Shown: one piece after another, positions 1-11,625 of the stretch
How the letters are laid out: each line of letters starts with the position of its first letter
Numbering within the stretch: the first letter of the stretch is position 1
NCBI GenBank assembly: GCA_963799845.1
Contig: CAWCYI010000006.1
Location: forward strand, 1,056,001-1,120,000
Length of the DNA: 64,000 nt
DNA from: an uncultured Nitrososphaerota archaeon
GTDB lineage: Archaea; Thermoproteota; Nitrososphaeria; Nitrososphaerales; CADDZS01
Direction of reading: 5' to 3'
Notes under the pieces: model-generated
The model's input: only the letters and a program-made list of their open reading frames with translations
Databases searched by the model: none
What the model was told of the DNA's origin: nothing
Translations under genes and position numbers: made by a program

Positions 1-1283
1 GACCCATCTTTACCAGGAAGCTTGCTGCCCTAATGACTCCCTCATACGGATCGCAAGATTGGAGGACTTGGGCTTTGTGCATCCGCCATGCGAGTATTAT
101 TGGGAAGGCAACCTCATCCAATTGGATCCCGCCCCAGTATGTTTGTCCATCTATCCAAAAGTTCTGAGGGTACCCGCCGTCCTCAAGCTGACTGGTAGAT
201 AGGTAGATCAGAGATCGCAGAGGAGTGTCAATATTTCCCGCCGCAAGCAGAGCGCTTGCGCTGTTGACCATGTCTCTTGTCCAGACGAGGTGGTAGCCGC
301 CCTTGTCCTCGTCACCCTTTGACTCCCCCCAAGGGATGGACATAGAGGCAATGATAGCACCAGGGTACGTCTTGTCTTCATGAGCTGAGGATCACACTGT
401 AGCTCGTTCGGTACAGATTCCCAGAGTCTCCTGATGCCCTATTCAAATCGAGCAAACGCTGGTATGGACGATCCCATTGTTCAAGGAATCGCATTCGATG
501 ATCTGTGAATGGGAGACCTAGGGACTGGAGAAGAGTTGTAACCGCACTGTGGAGGCTGTCTCCCAGAGCGATCCCTAGAGTAAATTCTCCATCGTTTTTC
601 TCAAAATCCACCTCGCCCATAAGAGCGACGTTTCCATTGAGGGCAGTATCAAACTCCCAATCCATCTTGAAATTTTCATTGAGGTCAGTCCATCCATCGC
701 TCGCCCCAACATAACCGCAGGATAATCGCTTGAATGAAACTGTAGCGCACATGGCGAGCCACGTTCCATTTTTCTCCGCGACAAAAAGCTCTCGACCTGC
801 TACTCTTGCAACGTAAGCATTGTTTCCTGATCCCCCTCCATCCAAGTGTGGAGCGCAGAGTGCGTAGAGATGTAAATCGGAGCTAAAGTCCTCTGAAATT
901 TCAAATCTAGTATTCTGAAGAATACAAGGGAGATGTGGATCGGCTATTATCTCCTTTCTGATCCTATATCGTCCCCGCGGATCTGAATTGGTTATCCTGT
1001 AGCCGAGATCTCGACGCTCCAATCTTTCGATTTCGGTTGTCAGGACTCGCTTTTCCTCGTCAAAAAAAGTGGATTCGTCGCTCACGAGATACTCCATATC
1101 TCGAAGTTGCGGTCGATCAACTGTGGGATAATATGCCTCAGTCAGTGTTCCGCGCCAAACCGTAAACCAGATCCTGCTATCCGCCGAATAAGCGGTTCCC
1201 ACACCGTCCTTGTTCCCCCGGGTCCACTTGGGTGGTATTCCAGGAGTTCCAAACGCGTTCACGTCCCCGCGAAAACTTGTCAT
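1..1283 (-). CDS. Glucoamylase/glucodextranase, GH15 (runs off window edge; apparent +1 frameshift at 383-388)
   Basis: N-terminal PGIPPKWT..KDGVGTA..YYPTVD. After removing one base the frame continues AHEDKTYPGAIIASMSIPWG..GGYHLVWTRD..PQNFWIDG..IQLDEVAFP, the GH15 catalytic domain. Confidence 0.9.
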
Positions 1284-1485
1284 CCAACTATCGACTCGGT
1301 TTTTTCAGCTAATCAGATTTCGCATTACCGGTTTCTGTTTTATTGGTCAAGAACACTCGATTTGGATTTCATTACGGGTTTAATGCAATCTGTCTCCAAC
1401 TGACCAACTCTGCGACGGCCTCGACAACTTTAATTGATCATCTGTACCCTGAATCCATGAATTCGCGAAAGGATCCTGATAACTC

Positions 1486-2673
1486 TTGAAGATTTCTGGG
1501 ATTGATATATACCAACTGGGGGAACAGTCTGCCGGCGGTGCGACATGGGCTGGAAACTCGATAATTCTAAAACTGACAACTTCCGACGGCGAGGTAGGTT
1601 TTGGCGAAGCCGTCCCTACTCTCAGAGTTGAGCCGGTAATTGGTTCCCTCCGCGAAGTCGCCAGAGTCTATCAGGGAAAAAATCCTCTAGACGTCGAGGC
1701 CAATCTTCACGAGTGGCACAAGCATGATTTTTACATGCCAATGTCTTTCGAATCAACAACTGCAGCCAGCGCGTTTGACATCGCGTGCTGGGACATTATA
1801 GGAAAACACTACGGTGCCCCAATCCGCGATTTGATGGGCGGGTCTTTCAGGGACAGAGTCAGACTCTATGCGAACGGCTGGTACGATAATTGCGTGACGC
1901 CCGAAGAGTTCGGAGAAAGAGCGGCCAAGTGGGCAAAGATGGGTTATACTGGACTGAAGTTTGACGTTTTTGGCGCTTACTATGATTACATTGATGAAGC
2001 AGGGCTGCAGCTCGCGTACGACAGAGTCAAGGCGGTGCGAGATGCAACGGATGGAAAAGTGTCGATGATGATCGAGCATCACGGCAGGTTTAATCCGACC
2101 TCGGCCATCATGATTGCGAAAAAATTATCCGATTTGGATCCTCTCTTCATGGAGGAGCCGATTCATCCGGACAATTTAGAGGGGCTAGAGAAATACAGGA
2201 AATCTACCGACGTGCGAGTCGCGCTGGGGGAAAGACTACTTACGAAGGAGCAGGTTGTCTATGTTTTGAAAAACAATCTGACGGACTTTCTTCAAGCTGA
2301 CATTACCAATATTGGAGGAGTGACAGTTGCGAAGAAAATTTGTTCAATTGCTGAGGCGTTTGGCGTCGAGATGGCGTTCCACAATGCTTTCGGCCCGATC
2401 CAAAATGCCGTTACTCTACAGCTTGACTCCTCGATTCCAAACTTTCTTATCCAGGAATCTTTCTGGGACGCCTTCCCTGCCTGGAAGAAGGAGCTAGTGA
2501 GAAATCAAACGCCGGTCGAAAGAGGCCATAGTACAGTTTCAACGAGGCCCGGGATTGGAGTGGAAGTGGACGAAAAAATAATCGAGAAGTACATTGCATC
2601 GGGCCAGGAGTACTTTAATCCGGATGAACCAGTCTGGGTCGTAAAGAATACCTGGAAGAACGAGGGGGTTTGA
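1486..2673 (+). CDS. Mandelate racemase/muconate lactonizing family acid-sugar dehydratase (gluconate/galactonate dehydratase-like)
   Basis: GEVGFGE, DIACWDIIGK, IEHHGRF, MEEP, GERL, GGVT and FHN motifs. Confidence 0.88.
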   Translation: MKISGIDIYQLGEQSAGGATWAGNSIILKLTTSDGEVGFGEAVPTLRVEPVIGSLREVARVYQGKNPLDVEANLHEWHKHDFYMPMSFESTTAASAFDIACWDIIGKHYGAPIRDLMGGSFRDRVRLYANGWYDNCVTPEEFGERAAKWAKMGYTGLKFDVFGAYYDYIDEAGLQLAYDRVKAVRDATDGKVSMMIEHHGRFNPTSAIMIAKKLSDLDPLFMEEPIHPDNLEGLEKYRKSTDVRVALGERLLTKEQVVYVLKNNLTDFLQADITNIGGVTVAKKICSIAEAFGVEMAFHNAFGPIQNAVTLQLDSSIPNFLIQESFWDAFPAWKKELVRNQTPVERGHSTVSTRPGIGVEVDEKIIEKYIASGQEYFNPDEPVWVVKNTWKNEGV

Positions 2674-2681
2674 GAAAACGC

Positions 2682-3395
2682 TCAGTTGTTTTGAATGACA
2701 CTACTTTCTAGTTGTTTTTCTTTTCTCTGAGTAAGAAATCTGATCACAGTGTAAATAACAGTAATCAGCATTCCAATTATGAATGCTATTTCGTGGACTC
2801 TCCAGTTGTATTGATCCGAAGCTATGAATATAGGTTCTAGGAACAAGATAAACCAGAGAGTGGTTGCAATCAAAGTTGCGTAGATTATCGCAAATGAATT
2901 TCGAATGTACCTGTCCGAATGAGGATTTCGATAAAGTGTATCGAACAAACCGAAGATAGAAAAAGTGAAAATGATCGCTTGCGCGGCGATGTCTATTGAC
3001 GACGCACCGAAAGGAAAAGTTTTGGCCAGATTAAAGACAGAATTCCATATTAGATTCGAGACCACTCCAATCGTGATACTCGCCGAAACGAAATATATGG
3101 ACAGAGACTTTCTTTCTTTACTTGGAGCCCCAAGAAGAATTGGCGCGAATAGGATCGTTACTCCCAAAAGACCGCCAATCGTTCCCCAAGAATCGAATAC
3201 GAAGGGTGCCACGATGACGCCCCAATAATGATGGTCTAGTACACCGAGTATAACGTTTGAGCCAAAGAAATAGGTCCCCAGATTCAAAACAACTAGAGCG
3301 AGGAATCCTATGATTACTAGATGAATGTAAGAACCAGTAAAAAAAGTCCAGAATTCATTGATTGCTGAGATTCTATGTTCTTGTCCTTTTAACAT
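2682..3395 (-). CDS. Multi-pass membrane protein, rhomboid-like
   Basis: About 6 hydrophobic segments; FGASS (GxS) and a C-terminal VHEIAFIIG resemble the Ser/His dyad motifs. Confidence 0.5.
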   Translation of the reverse strand: MLKGQEHRISAINEFWTFFTGSYIHLVIIGFLALVVLNLGTYFFGSNVILGVLDHHYWGVIVAPFVFDSWGTIGGLLGVTILFAPILLGAPSKERKSLSIYFVSASITIGVVSNLIWNSVFNLAKTFPFGASSIDIAAQAIIFTFSIFGLFDTLYRNPHSDRYIRNSFAIIYATLIATTLWFILFLEPIFIASDQYNWRVHEIAFIIGMLITVIYTVIRFLTQRKEKQLESSVIQNN

Positions 3396-3923
3396 CCGAC
3401 CGAATGTGCCGAATCAGACCAATATGAACTTGCCCAATCGTACAATTACTTGGTATCGAAGGATTGCTGAATTTGTTAAATACGAATACGTTTGTTTTGC
3501 GAAACGCAGTCCGTCGTGGACTAAAATACAAGGTAGAATTTGAAAATGGCATAAATCGATACGATCCACTTCCAGATTACCCGATAAAATAAGAGAGAGT
3601 GAGTGGTGATCATTCACTCTGAGATTCGGTGACAACCATTGGGGTAGCTAGGTTGTGTGAAGACTGATTGAGTTCCCAATTCGCGACTGCATCTCTCGTT
3701 CGCCCACAAGTCCCCAGACTGCTTATGAACGCGTGATCGCTACAATCTGGATATTCGATGTAGTTTGAGGCGAAGTATATCCCTCCTCCAAGAGCATATA
3801 TTGCCCAATTTTAATCACCCCATCGCGGTCTGATCAGGCCCGGAAAGACCTGATATTGGCTGAAACCGTCTTTTTCCATGTCATAACGCACAAGAAAAGA
3901 CTACACGTAAAATATCTTCATTC

Positions 3924-5393
3924 GTAACCATTTAGCGTTTTGAAGTAATCGGCCGAAAGCTATTTGGCCAAGATTCTCCATTGAACTTTCCGTAAGCCTT
4001 TGTCTTCGATTGACGATGAACCAAGTAATCTTCCCGAATACTACCAAAGTCAAATCGATGAACTTGAAGAACAAAACAGACTCCTGAAGGAGGAGAATAA
4101 ACAGCTCAAGGAGGAGCTTGCCTCCCTCAAGACAACGCTTGGGGCAGTTGTTGCAAGGAGCATAAACGCAAAGAAGGACACTCCCGCGACCTTTACTACA
4201 ACCACCTCCGATAACAGAAAGTACCACAAGAAATCTGGGAGAAGAAAAGGTCACGAAGGCGGGACGAGAAGAAAGCCAGACCACGTTGATCATACAATGG
4301 AACTGGATCAAACTGTATGCCCCAAATGCGGAGGAGTCCTCTCAGAAAAACCTACAGACAAATACGAAAGATTTGTCGAAGATGTCGTTCCCGCAAGATT
4401 GGTTGTAACAAGATACGTAATTAAGAGGAGATATTGCTGCGGATGCAGGAGACAGATCTCTCCTGAAGTGCCCAATGTCCTCAGCAACGAGCGATTCGGG
4501 CTCAGACTGATGCTCCTTATAGTTTCGCTCAAATTGCTGGGGCTGTCGTACGCAAAAATCACCTCACTATTCAAGCTCATCTTCAATCTTGAGATGAGTG
4601 AGGCTTCGGTGGAGCACTCTGTGATGAAGGTTGCAGAAGCATTCGGTCCGCGTTACAGTGATCTCATCTCAGAAGTGAGAAATGAAAAGAGTCTGCATGG
4701 CGATGAAACAAGCTGGAGGATCAAGGGAAAGAACCACTGGCTCTGGACGTTTGTGGGCAAATGGTCGGTTATCTACGAGGTGGCAAGATCTCGAGGCAGC
4801 GAGGTTCCCATAAAGGTACTTGGTAGAGACTACGCTGGGACCGTGATAAGCGATTCATGGCCGGCATGGAACTACGTTGGAACAAAACACCAGAGATGCC
4901 TTCTGCACTACCTCCGTGATATAGAAGACACCCAGATCTATAAGAGACCGGGAAAAGAATTCACACCGTTTTCAAAGAAACTCAAACGCATACTGAATGA
5001 CGCGATAAAAGTTGGAAAGAGCGTGAATGGAAAGAGGGATCGCCTAAGAGCCAAGAAGAGGTTTGAAGCGAGGGTCGAGAAAATTAACGCATCGTATTCG
5101 ACCGTGGATGAGACAAACTGCATGCGGTTTGTCAAGCGTCTGAGAAGAGAGAAGGGAATGCTGTTCACGTTCCTTGAAGAGCTTGGAGTTGACTGGAACA
5201 ACAATACAGCGGAGAGAGCAATAAGACCAAGCGTTGTCATTAGAAAGATAACCTACGGCAACCAATCGATGGAAGGAGCAGATGCACACAAAGTGTTGAT
5301 GAGCGTGAAAGAGACGTGCAGGCTGAGAGGATTGAACTTTTACGATTATGCCATGAACTATCTAAATCCAGCTTCAAAAAGCTAAACGGTTAC
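3924..5393 (+). mobile_element. IS66-family insertion sequence, single-ORF (ISBst12-type), 1470 bp
   Basis: TIRs GTAACCATTTAGCGTTTTGAAG and GTAACCGTTTAGCTTTTTGAAG (reverse complement); 8-bp TSD CTTCATTC at 3916-3923 and 5394-5401. Confidence 0.95.
4000..5385 (+). CDS. IS66-family DDE transposase
   Basis: Coiled coil, GRRKGHEG, CPKCGG zinc finger, HGDETSW, ISD, QRCLLHYLR and NNTAERAIR motifs. Confidence 0.95.
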   Translation: MSSIDDEPSNLPEYYQSQIDELEEQNRLLKEENKQLKEELASLKTTLGAVVARSINAKKDTPATFTTTTSDNRKYHKKSGRRKGHEGGTRRKPDHVDHTMELDQTVCPKCGGVLSEKPTDKYERFVEDVVPARLVVTRYVIKRRYCCGCRRQISPEVPNVLSNERFGLRLMLLIVSLKLLGLSYAKITSLFKLIFNLEMSEASVEHSVMKVAEAFGPRYSDLISEVRNEKSLHGDETSWRIKGKNHWLWTFVGKWSVIYEVARSRGSEVPIKVLGRDYAGTVISDSWPAWNYVGTKHQRCLLHYLRDIEDTQIYKRPGKEFTPFSKKLKRILNDAIKVGKSVNGKRDRLRAKKRFEARVEKINASYSTVDETNCMRFVKRLRREKGMLFTFLEELGVDWNNNTAERAIRPSVVIRKITYGNQSMEGADAHKVLMSVKETCRLRGLNFYDYAMNYLNPASKS

Positions 5394-5427
5394 CTTCATT
5401 CTTATTTCGAATCTAAGATCAAATCAG

Positions 5428-5463
5428 AAAAAAGAACGTGAACGGGTGAGATTTTCTCACCCG
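5428..5463 (-). terminator. Hairpin plus T-tract downstream of the secreted-protein gene
   Basis: CGGGTGAGA-ttt-TCTCACCCG (5443-5463), then a T6 run on the minus strand. Confidence 0.55.
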
Positions 5464-5498
5464 ATGAGTACGTTGATCGGGACTATTTCGGCCTTAAT

Positions 5499-7686
5499 TC
5501 ATCTGAGAACGTTGACTGAACTTCCCCAGTTCGCGAATGTATTCCTGGTACCTCCACAAACTCCCGCAGCCGGAAGGCCGTTCACAAGGATTTGGTTGCA
5601 GTTAGGTGACTGGATGTAGTTTGTAGCGAAGAATATTCCACCGTGAGTTCCTGGAACGAATATAGCCCAGCTATAATCACCCCACCTTGGTCTGTAGAGG
5701 TAGAGTTGCGCATATCCTGTGGCGAAGAATTGATATTCGGTGAAGCCGTCTTGTGGAGATTTTCCGAGTGCTGTGATGTGAATCGTGGCTTGATTTGAGG
5801 TCAACCATGCATAGGCAGTGCTTGGATAGTAGTCTGGACCGGATAATGTGAAAGTCATCAGGGCACTACCGGAGTTTGTGGCTGCTATCGCGGGAAATTC
5901 GAGATCTTCGTGGGATGCACTGACATATCCCTCCCTACTGATGGTGAATGATGGTCCCGCACCTGTACTGATATCCCAGTAGGCCGCACCCATATGGTTC
6001 TCTGAGGATTTTCCAAATGTCTGTATTATCTGGGTACTCACACCTGCCCAGAGCTGTCCATCTGAGTACGAAACCTGGGTGACTCCATCGCCATTCGTCT
6101 GTATTCCGCTCTCCGGGCATGACAAGGAGGTTGACAGACCTTGAGCACCACACATGTCGCCGAGTGGTATCGGACCTGATTTCTGAACACCCAGACCACA
6201 ACTTCCACCAAATTGCGCGAGGCAGTTGATTCCTTCGTTCATGTACACAACTGGAGTGTTAATAATTGATCCTCCGAATTTGATGTTAGTACATGCGCTG
6301 CAAGCCGGGGTGTTTAGGCTAGACAATCCCGTCCAGTAGAAGGTTGCCGTACGATTATCGCCCAGCCCGGAGTTGCTAAAGAATGACAGGAAGTCACCTG
6401 TGCCCATCATGAATCCGGTTCCCCCGTTATTGTTGTCATACTGCGAGGGATCTGGCGTTTGAGCTGGAATTACCTGATACCAGCAATAGACACCGACTCC
6501 CGATCCTGTGAAACAACTTTCGGCTGCGGGCTGGAAGATTCCGTCAGCAGGAATAGGATAAAGGTTTGGTGCATTACCCATGTTTTCGTATGCGACCGTG
6601 ACTTTGCTTGACGCCCATCCCATTTCCAGGGAATTCTTGTTGAAGGCGAATTCCTGAGCTCCGTTGAATCCATGGCATCCGAAGGCAGGGCACGCCGGAT
6701 ACTGAGATCCAACCAGGATGAACTCATCATAGAACATAGTGAAGGCGTCCTGAGTTGATCCGATCTTTGCAAAGTCATTCAATAGGACACCGGCGCTTGC
6801 CCCGGGATCATTGTTCACTTTGTTTGGATCGACAAAGTACACGTTGTAAGATCCCATTGGATTATTGGTTGTGCTGACTGCTAATCCCTCCCTGCATGTA
6901 TCAGAGACTCCAACGAAGCAACCAGTGAACGCGCTCTCTGGTTCTGGGGTTGTCGACACAATTTCTGTAAAGAACCAGTGGCCGCCATTGGCATAGTCAT
7001 ACATGCAAGATATGTCTCCAGCGCTACCCCACTTCAGGGCTGTCAGGCCCATTAACCCGTCCAACGTCGCGTAACCGTTTGCAACGGGTTGGAGATTGGA
7101 TGCAGAGTAGACCTGAGCCTCTCCGAGATTCAGTACGTCAATAGCGTACTGACTGTTGGCACACAAACCTTGATCGGGGGGTTCAATGTCGAATCCATAG
7201 GAAAGTCCACTGTCGACTGCATTCAGCCCCTGGAGTTGGGTCGTGGCGCCGCCGGAAGCACCGCTAACACTATCGCAACCAGAACCGGGGCAATTAATTA
7301 CCGGAGGATCAGGCAAGGCACCGGGACTTGCTGATTGAGATCCAGCATTTGGGGCAGGAAGAGATCGCGCCTGAAAACTAGCTACGGAGTTACTAGTTCC
7401 ATTAGCAGGGCCGCCTAAAATCGTGGTAGGGGGGCTGCCGAAGGCTGACGGGACTAGAATTGGACCGCTTAGAAATTTATCCGCGCTTCCTACAAACGAG
7501 GGAGCAGCAGCAGCTAAGGTTGTACTTGTGGAAGGAATTACATTTGTGGGAGATAGTACACTGGAGGTTTCGCCAAAGGTTCCCAGCGTAGACGCAAGCG
7601 CTCCACTAGCTAGTAGCATTGCCAGAAGAGTCTATCGAAATTAGACCAATCTTCTTTCGTTTTGAAAATACTTTCAAGAAGGACAT
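5499..7686 (-). CDS. Large secreted Cys/Gly-rich hypothetical protein (apparent +1 frameshift in the signal peptide at 7629-7633)
   Basis: 706-aa ORF. Removing one base gives the signal peptide MSFLKVFSKRKKIGLISIALLAMLLASGALA. Motifs EPPDQGLC and RPRWGDY. Confidence 0.8.
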
Positions 7687-7825
7687 TGAGATGAGGCGCG
7701 TGTAAGTCTCTGATTTAAGACTTCTTCTAATTCTTACTCATGGTATCGAGACTCACATGAGAATCGAAATAGACAGAAAATTGATGTTAAGATGTATCGG
7801 ATTCCGCTATATGGTGGTCGAAGAG

Positions 7826-9200
7826 TTATGAAGTTCCGGCCCAGATGACGTAACTCATATCTTGAGTCAGATTCGATAGGTCGTCCGTCGTACCGTTGTA
7901 ACTGAGCAGCATTCCGCCCTTGTTAGCGTATCCTCCAATTATCCACAAATCTAACCACGAGCTCAGGGCGATTGAAAGGACGCTGGAATCCGCATTGACG
8001 TTAGTTGCATAACTTGGTAGAGCCGAACTCAAATTCGAGAAATCTTTCGAGTTGAAGCCTGCGAGCCAAGCGTGGCTGGCAAAGGACGTTAGAGCAACCG
8101 CCTCTCCTCCTCCGATCAACCATGACGAGCCATTCCAATCAAGCGCATTCACGGAGTATTGCGACTGATCGACCTGCAAGGGAAGAACGGCCTCTAATTT
8201 CTGGGTCAGGTCTGTAAAAACAGAATTATTGTACATCGCAAAAAATCCCGTTCCACCGATCAGCCAATATTGTCCGTTCCACGCAATGCTCTGAATCGAG
8301 GAGAATTCAGGAATTGAAGATGCGATATCGGCTGTAAGGTCTGAAAAAGTTGCGCCGTTGAACGAGAAAAGCACGCCCTCTCCCAGGTACCCGCCTCCGA
8401 CTAACCACTGATTATCACCAAATGCATTCGCGTAAAGAATCCCATCCATCTGCTGAGGCAATTCTGATGAGAGATCGGTGAAGGTTGTCCCGTTGAATAG
8501 ACCAGCAGATAGGTGGTTGGTAGCATCAGGCGACACTGTCCCCAATATCCCAGAACCCATCCCGGAGAGGAACCACTCGCTGGCATTGGAGCTGATAGAA
8601 AAAACATCTCCACCATTCCATTCAGCCTCGGCAGCATCTTCCACGCTGTCGCTTAGAGCGTTCGTTCCGTTGAAGACAAACAGGTACGGATTTGGCGCAT
8701 CAGTTGCGTCGTCCCCACCCCAGCCGGAAATGAGCCAGTCGGATCCGTTCGAATCACCACTCCAAACTGTTCCTTGGCCATCCACAGGATTCAGCCTTCT
8801 AACGAAGTGATTGGAAAGTGAGATTTGCAACAGTCTCGGAAACTGCGAGTCCGTAAACCAACTTCCATTTTGGCCGCCAACAAGAAGGTAGCCGTATTGT
8901 TGGTCGGCGACTTGCTGGATTATTTGTGATTCAGTTACGGTTGTCGTTAGGGTCGACGTGATTGTGTATTGAGGAGCTGAGTACAGTGGAAGTCGACAAA
9001 GAAGGCGTGACAAAGACTGTGGTGGTTGCATCATTATCGATAGTCGTCGTAAGGTACACAGTATTAGTGTCAATACTTGTCACAAAACGCGTTGTGACCT
9101 CGTTTCTTTGAGAAAATGAATGGGAATTGAATATTACTACCGATCCAATTAGAAGAAACATTATCGAAACAACGATTGATGCTTGAGTTTTCATGTTCAA
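7826..9200 (-). CDS. Membrane-anchored/secreted WNG-repeat (putative beta-propeller) protein, copy 1 (apparent +1 frameshift at 8975-8980)
   Basis: N-terminal TM helix, Thr-rich stalk, then repeats such as WNGQYWLIGG, WNGSSWLIGG and FNGxxFxDL. Confidence 0.75.
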
Positions 9201-9467
9201 GAAAGGATTCCTCGAAAAATTTTGTTAACCGCAAGAATTAATGCTGGAAAAAAGTTGGACTGCCACATTTTCTGAAGGAGTTAACTCTTTTCCTAGATTG
9301 TTCCATGATTCATTGATTGACGGGAATCAAGTCCGGAACTTGTGGATTTCAAGATCTGACGAAAAATTCGAGAGCAATCCCCCAAGTGGGAAGGAGCTGT
9401 ATTCTTCCTACTAGTTCGGCATCGCGCGTTAGATACAATTGATCTGCCGTCCCTTTTGGAAGGCAGA

Positions 9468-9788
9468 TTATAATTTTCTTATTTCTGCCACTACATCGGT
9501 AAGATCGGAATACATTCGATCTGGAATCGAGAATGATTGCTTGAGTTGGACGATTATGTCCCTTTCCACGTAAGAAGAACCGAATCGGAAAATGTTCTTG
9601 ATCGTTTTTGAAAATAATTCGGGATTTCGAAAGATGTCTCCTTTTGCGAGATTGTAATCCATTTCGAACTTTTGAAAAACCAGACGAGAACTATTATCGT
9701 CGAACCGAGAGAAGCCCCTCTCGATTGACCTTAGGAAATCACGCTCAATCGAACTGGACTGGAATTGAGAGAGAGAAAGGATCTTCAA
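9468..9788 (-). CDS. Small DUF3227/NitrOD5-like archaeal domain protein
   Basis: Pattern IERGFSRF..VFQKFE..DIFRNPELFSKTIKNIFRFGSSYVERDII. Confidence 0.6.
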   Translation of the reverse strand: MKILSLSQFQSSSIERDFLRSIERGFSRFDDNSSRLVFQKFEMDYNLAKGDIFRNPELFSKTIKNIFRFGSSYVERDIIVQLKQSFSIPDRMYSDLTDVVAEIRKL

Positions 9789-10291
9789 ATTTTATTGCTT
9801 GAAAAATAAAGCCCAAAACCGTATATGATTTGTATGGAGTTCAGTGATGTAACGGATTCCAGAAGTTGCAGATTTCGATTAGCATCTTGGATCGCCAATT
9901 ATTCACCAGTTTTGGAAACCGACTTCACTTTCCTCAGAATTATCCTGGTTCCCCTCATTTTCAGGTCCGCGGGTTCAAGACTGCCTGATGTAAGCATAGC
10001 CGCAGTACTTTACCGCTGGACGTGGGAAATTGGCCCTCTTAATTTGCGATAGCATTAGAACTTGCCAACAGAGCTGAGAAACGAGCTCTTCGGTACGCAG
10101 AATTGCGCCCCCATGTAGAAAAGGGCAAAATTGGCATAATAAATCAATGAAGTTGAGAGGATGACTTCGATTGATAAAGAGGGTACGGGTACAGGAGAGA
10201 GAGACCTGCGGGAGATATTCAAGCTCAACTGATTATTTCCACTTTTAGAAAACAGGATGTCACTTGCGGGCAAAATTTTATTTCTCTAAAG

Positions 10292-11017
10292 GTGTTGCTC
10301 AAAGTCGTATTGCACAAAGGTAGTCCGTTTCTGTCTCAGCTTCAATGTCGAATCCTGTCTTCCATGTATCTCTCCAAAATAGAGTATCTGAATTCTGAGA
10401 CGATCCTGAAACAAACAGGAATTGCTCAGTCGACATGGTCGGAAGAGCAAAACCGATTGACCGAGATGGGACTATTGGAAAAGAAGCAGTCGCGAATGAT
10501 GACTTCGAACATTATTACCAGGGTCATGAACTATAAACTCACGGACAAGGGGAGGCTAGTGGCCTTGAATTTGACGAATATTTCGAGAATTTTGGCACCA
10601 GACCTGTTCTCGCCAGATTCAAGTGAATTACGAGGACTTCGTTCTTCACTCAAACCTGCTCCCAATGATGAAATTGATCTTGACGTTAAAATTCTAGAGT
10701 GCATTGAAATCGGTTTGGACAGTTTCGGTATGAATTTGGACAAGCTGGTAAGGTCGGAAATCGAAAAATCAGATAAGATTCAGTGGATGCAAATTGCAAG
10801 GTTTCCGGAAAAGCTAGAATTCCACTTGAGAGAACTATTTGGCGCCGGTGGATCGTCGACGATCGAGAGCATGATTGCCGCAAACATTCGATCCCGTTTC
10901 GGTCTCAGATCGATCCGGTCTAATAGTATTCCCGCGCTCATTGGCGAAATTCGACTTTCTGATAGAAAATCGGCAAATAGCTTCTCTGAGAAAAGTACTC
11001 TTAGTGTGGTTGAATAA
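10292..11017 (+). CDS. Winged-helix regulator fused to a DUF3227-like C-terminal domain
   Basis: wHTH QTGIAQSTWS..LTEMGLLEK..YKLTDKG; C-terminal IARFPEKLEFHLRELFGAGGSSTIESMI resembles the 9468 protein. Confidence 0.65.
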   Translation: MLLKVVLHKGSPFLSQLQCRILSSMYLSKIEYLNSETILKQTGIAQSTWSEEQNRLTEMGLLEKKQSRMMTSNIITRVMNYKLTDKGRLVALNLTNISRILAPDLFSPDSSELRGLRSSLKPAPNDEIDLDVKILECIEIGLDSFGMNLDKLVRSEIEKSDKIQWMQIARFPEKLEFHLRELFGAGGSSTIESMIAANIRSRFGLRSIRSNSIPALIGEIRLSDRKSANSFSEKSTLSVVE

Positions 11018-11031
11018 GAGTTGTTTCACTC

Positions 11032-11421
11032 GTGAATATTTTTGATATTCCTGCACAACTAGTAATTCTGGATATGGTCTCGATTGTAGCAGCCTTGGGT
11101 GTGGGCTACTATGCTGCAAGAATGTTCAATCACATGAGACGGGGGCGATTGGAGAAAGGATGGAACTGGATGATATTCGGCGCGCTGGTGACTGCAATCG
11201 GATATTTTTTTCTAACTATCGAGGACTTTTTTCTAGCTTATTCCTTTTATTATTCGAGCTTGGACTATGTTGGGACTGCGATTTGCACGGTGGGTCTGGT
11301 CTTCCTCATGTTTGGAATCCGCTCGCACTATTCAGCATGGTCTCCAAACAGATTAAAGGTCCATATTGCTTCGAGAGCTGAAAAACGGGAAAACAGCGAG
11401 GCCATATCAGATTCTAGTTAG
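11032..11421 (+). CDS. Small membrane protein (3 TM), possible sensor-type domain
   Basis: Three hydrophobic segments, with GRLEKGWNWMIFGAL; 14 bp downstream of the wHTH gene. Confidence 0.65.
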   Translation: MNIFDIPAQLVILDMVSIVAALGVGYYAARMFNHMRRGRLEKGWNWMIFGALVTAIGYFFLTIEDFFLAYSFYYSSLDYVGTAICTVGLVFLMFGIRSHYSAWSPNRLKVHIASRAEKRENSEAISDSS

Positions 11422-11625
11422 GGTACACGTTGATCGATGACCTGAAACTTTTTCACCGGATTTGAAAGCTGCAACATCCACCAAAGGGCGATTTTGTAAT
11501 TTTCGAAAATGAAGCAGGTGTATCTCGTCTCCGTTTGTCTTTCATACTAGGCAGATGGATTAACTAATGTCGCGACAGCTCATGGAAGAAAATGATCGTG
11601 TTTGCCGAAGGCACCGGCCGTACTG

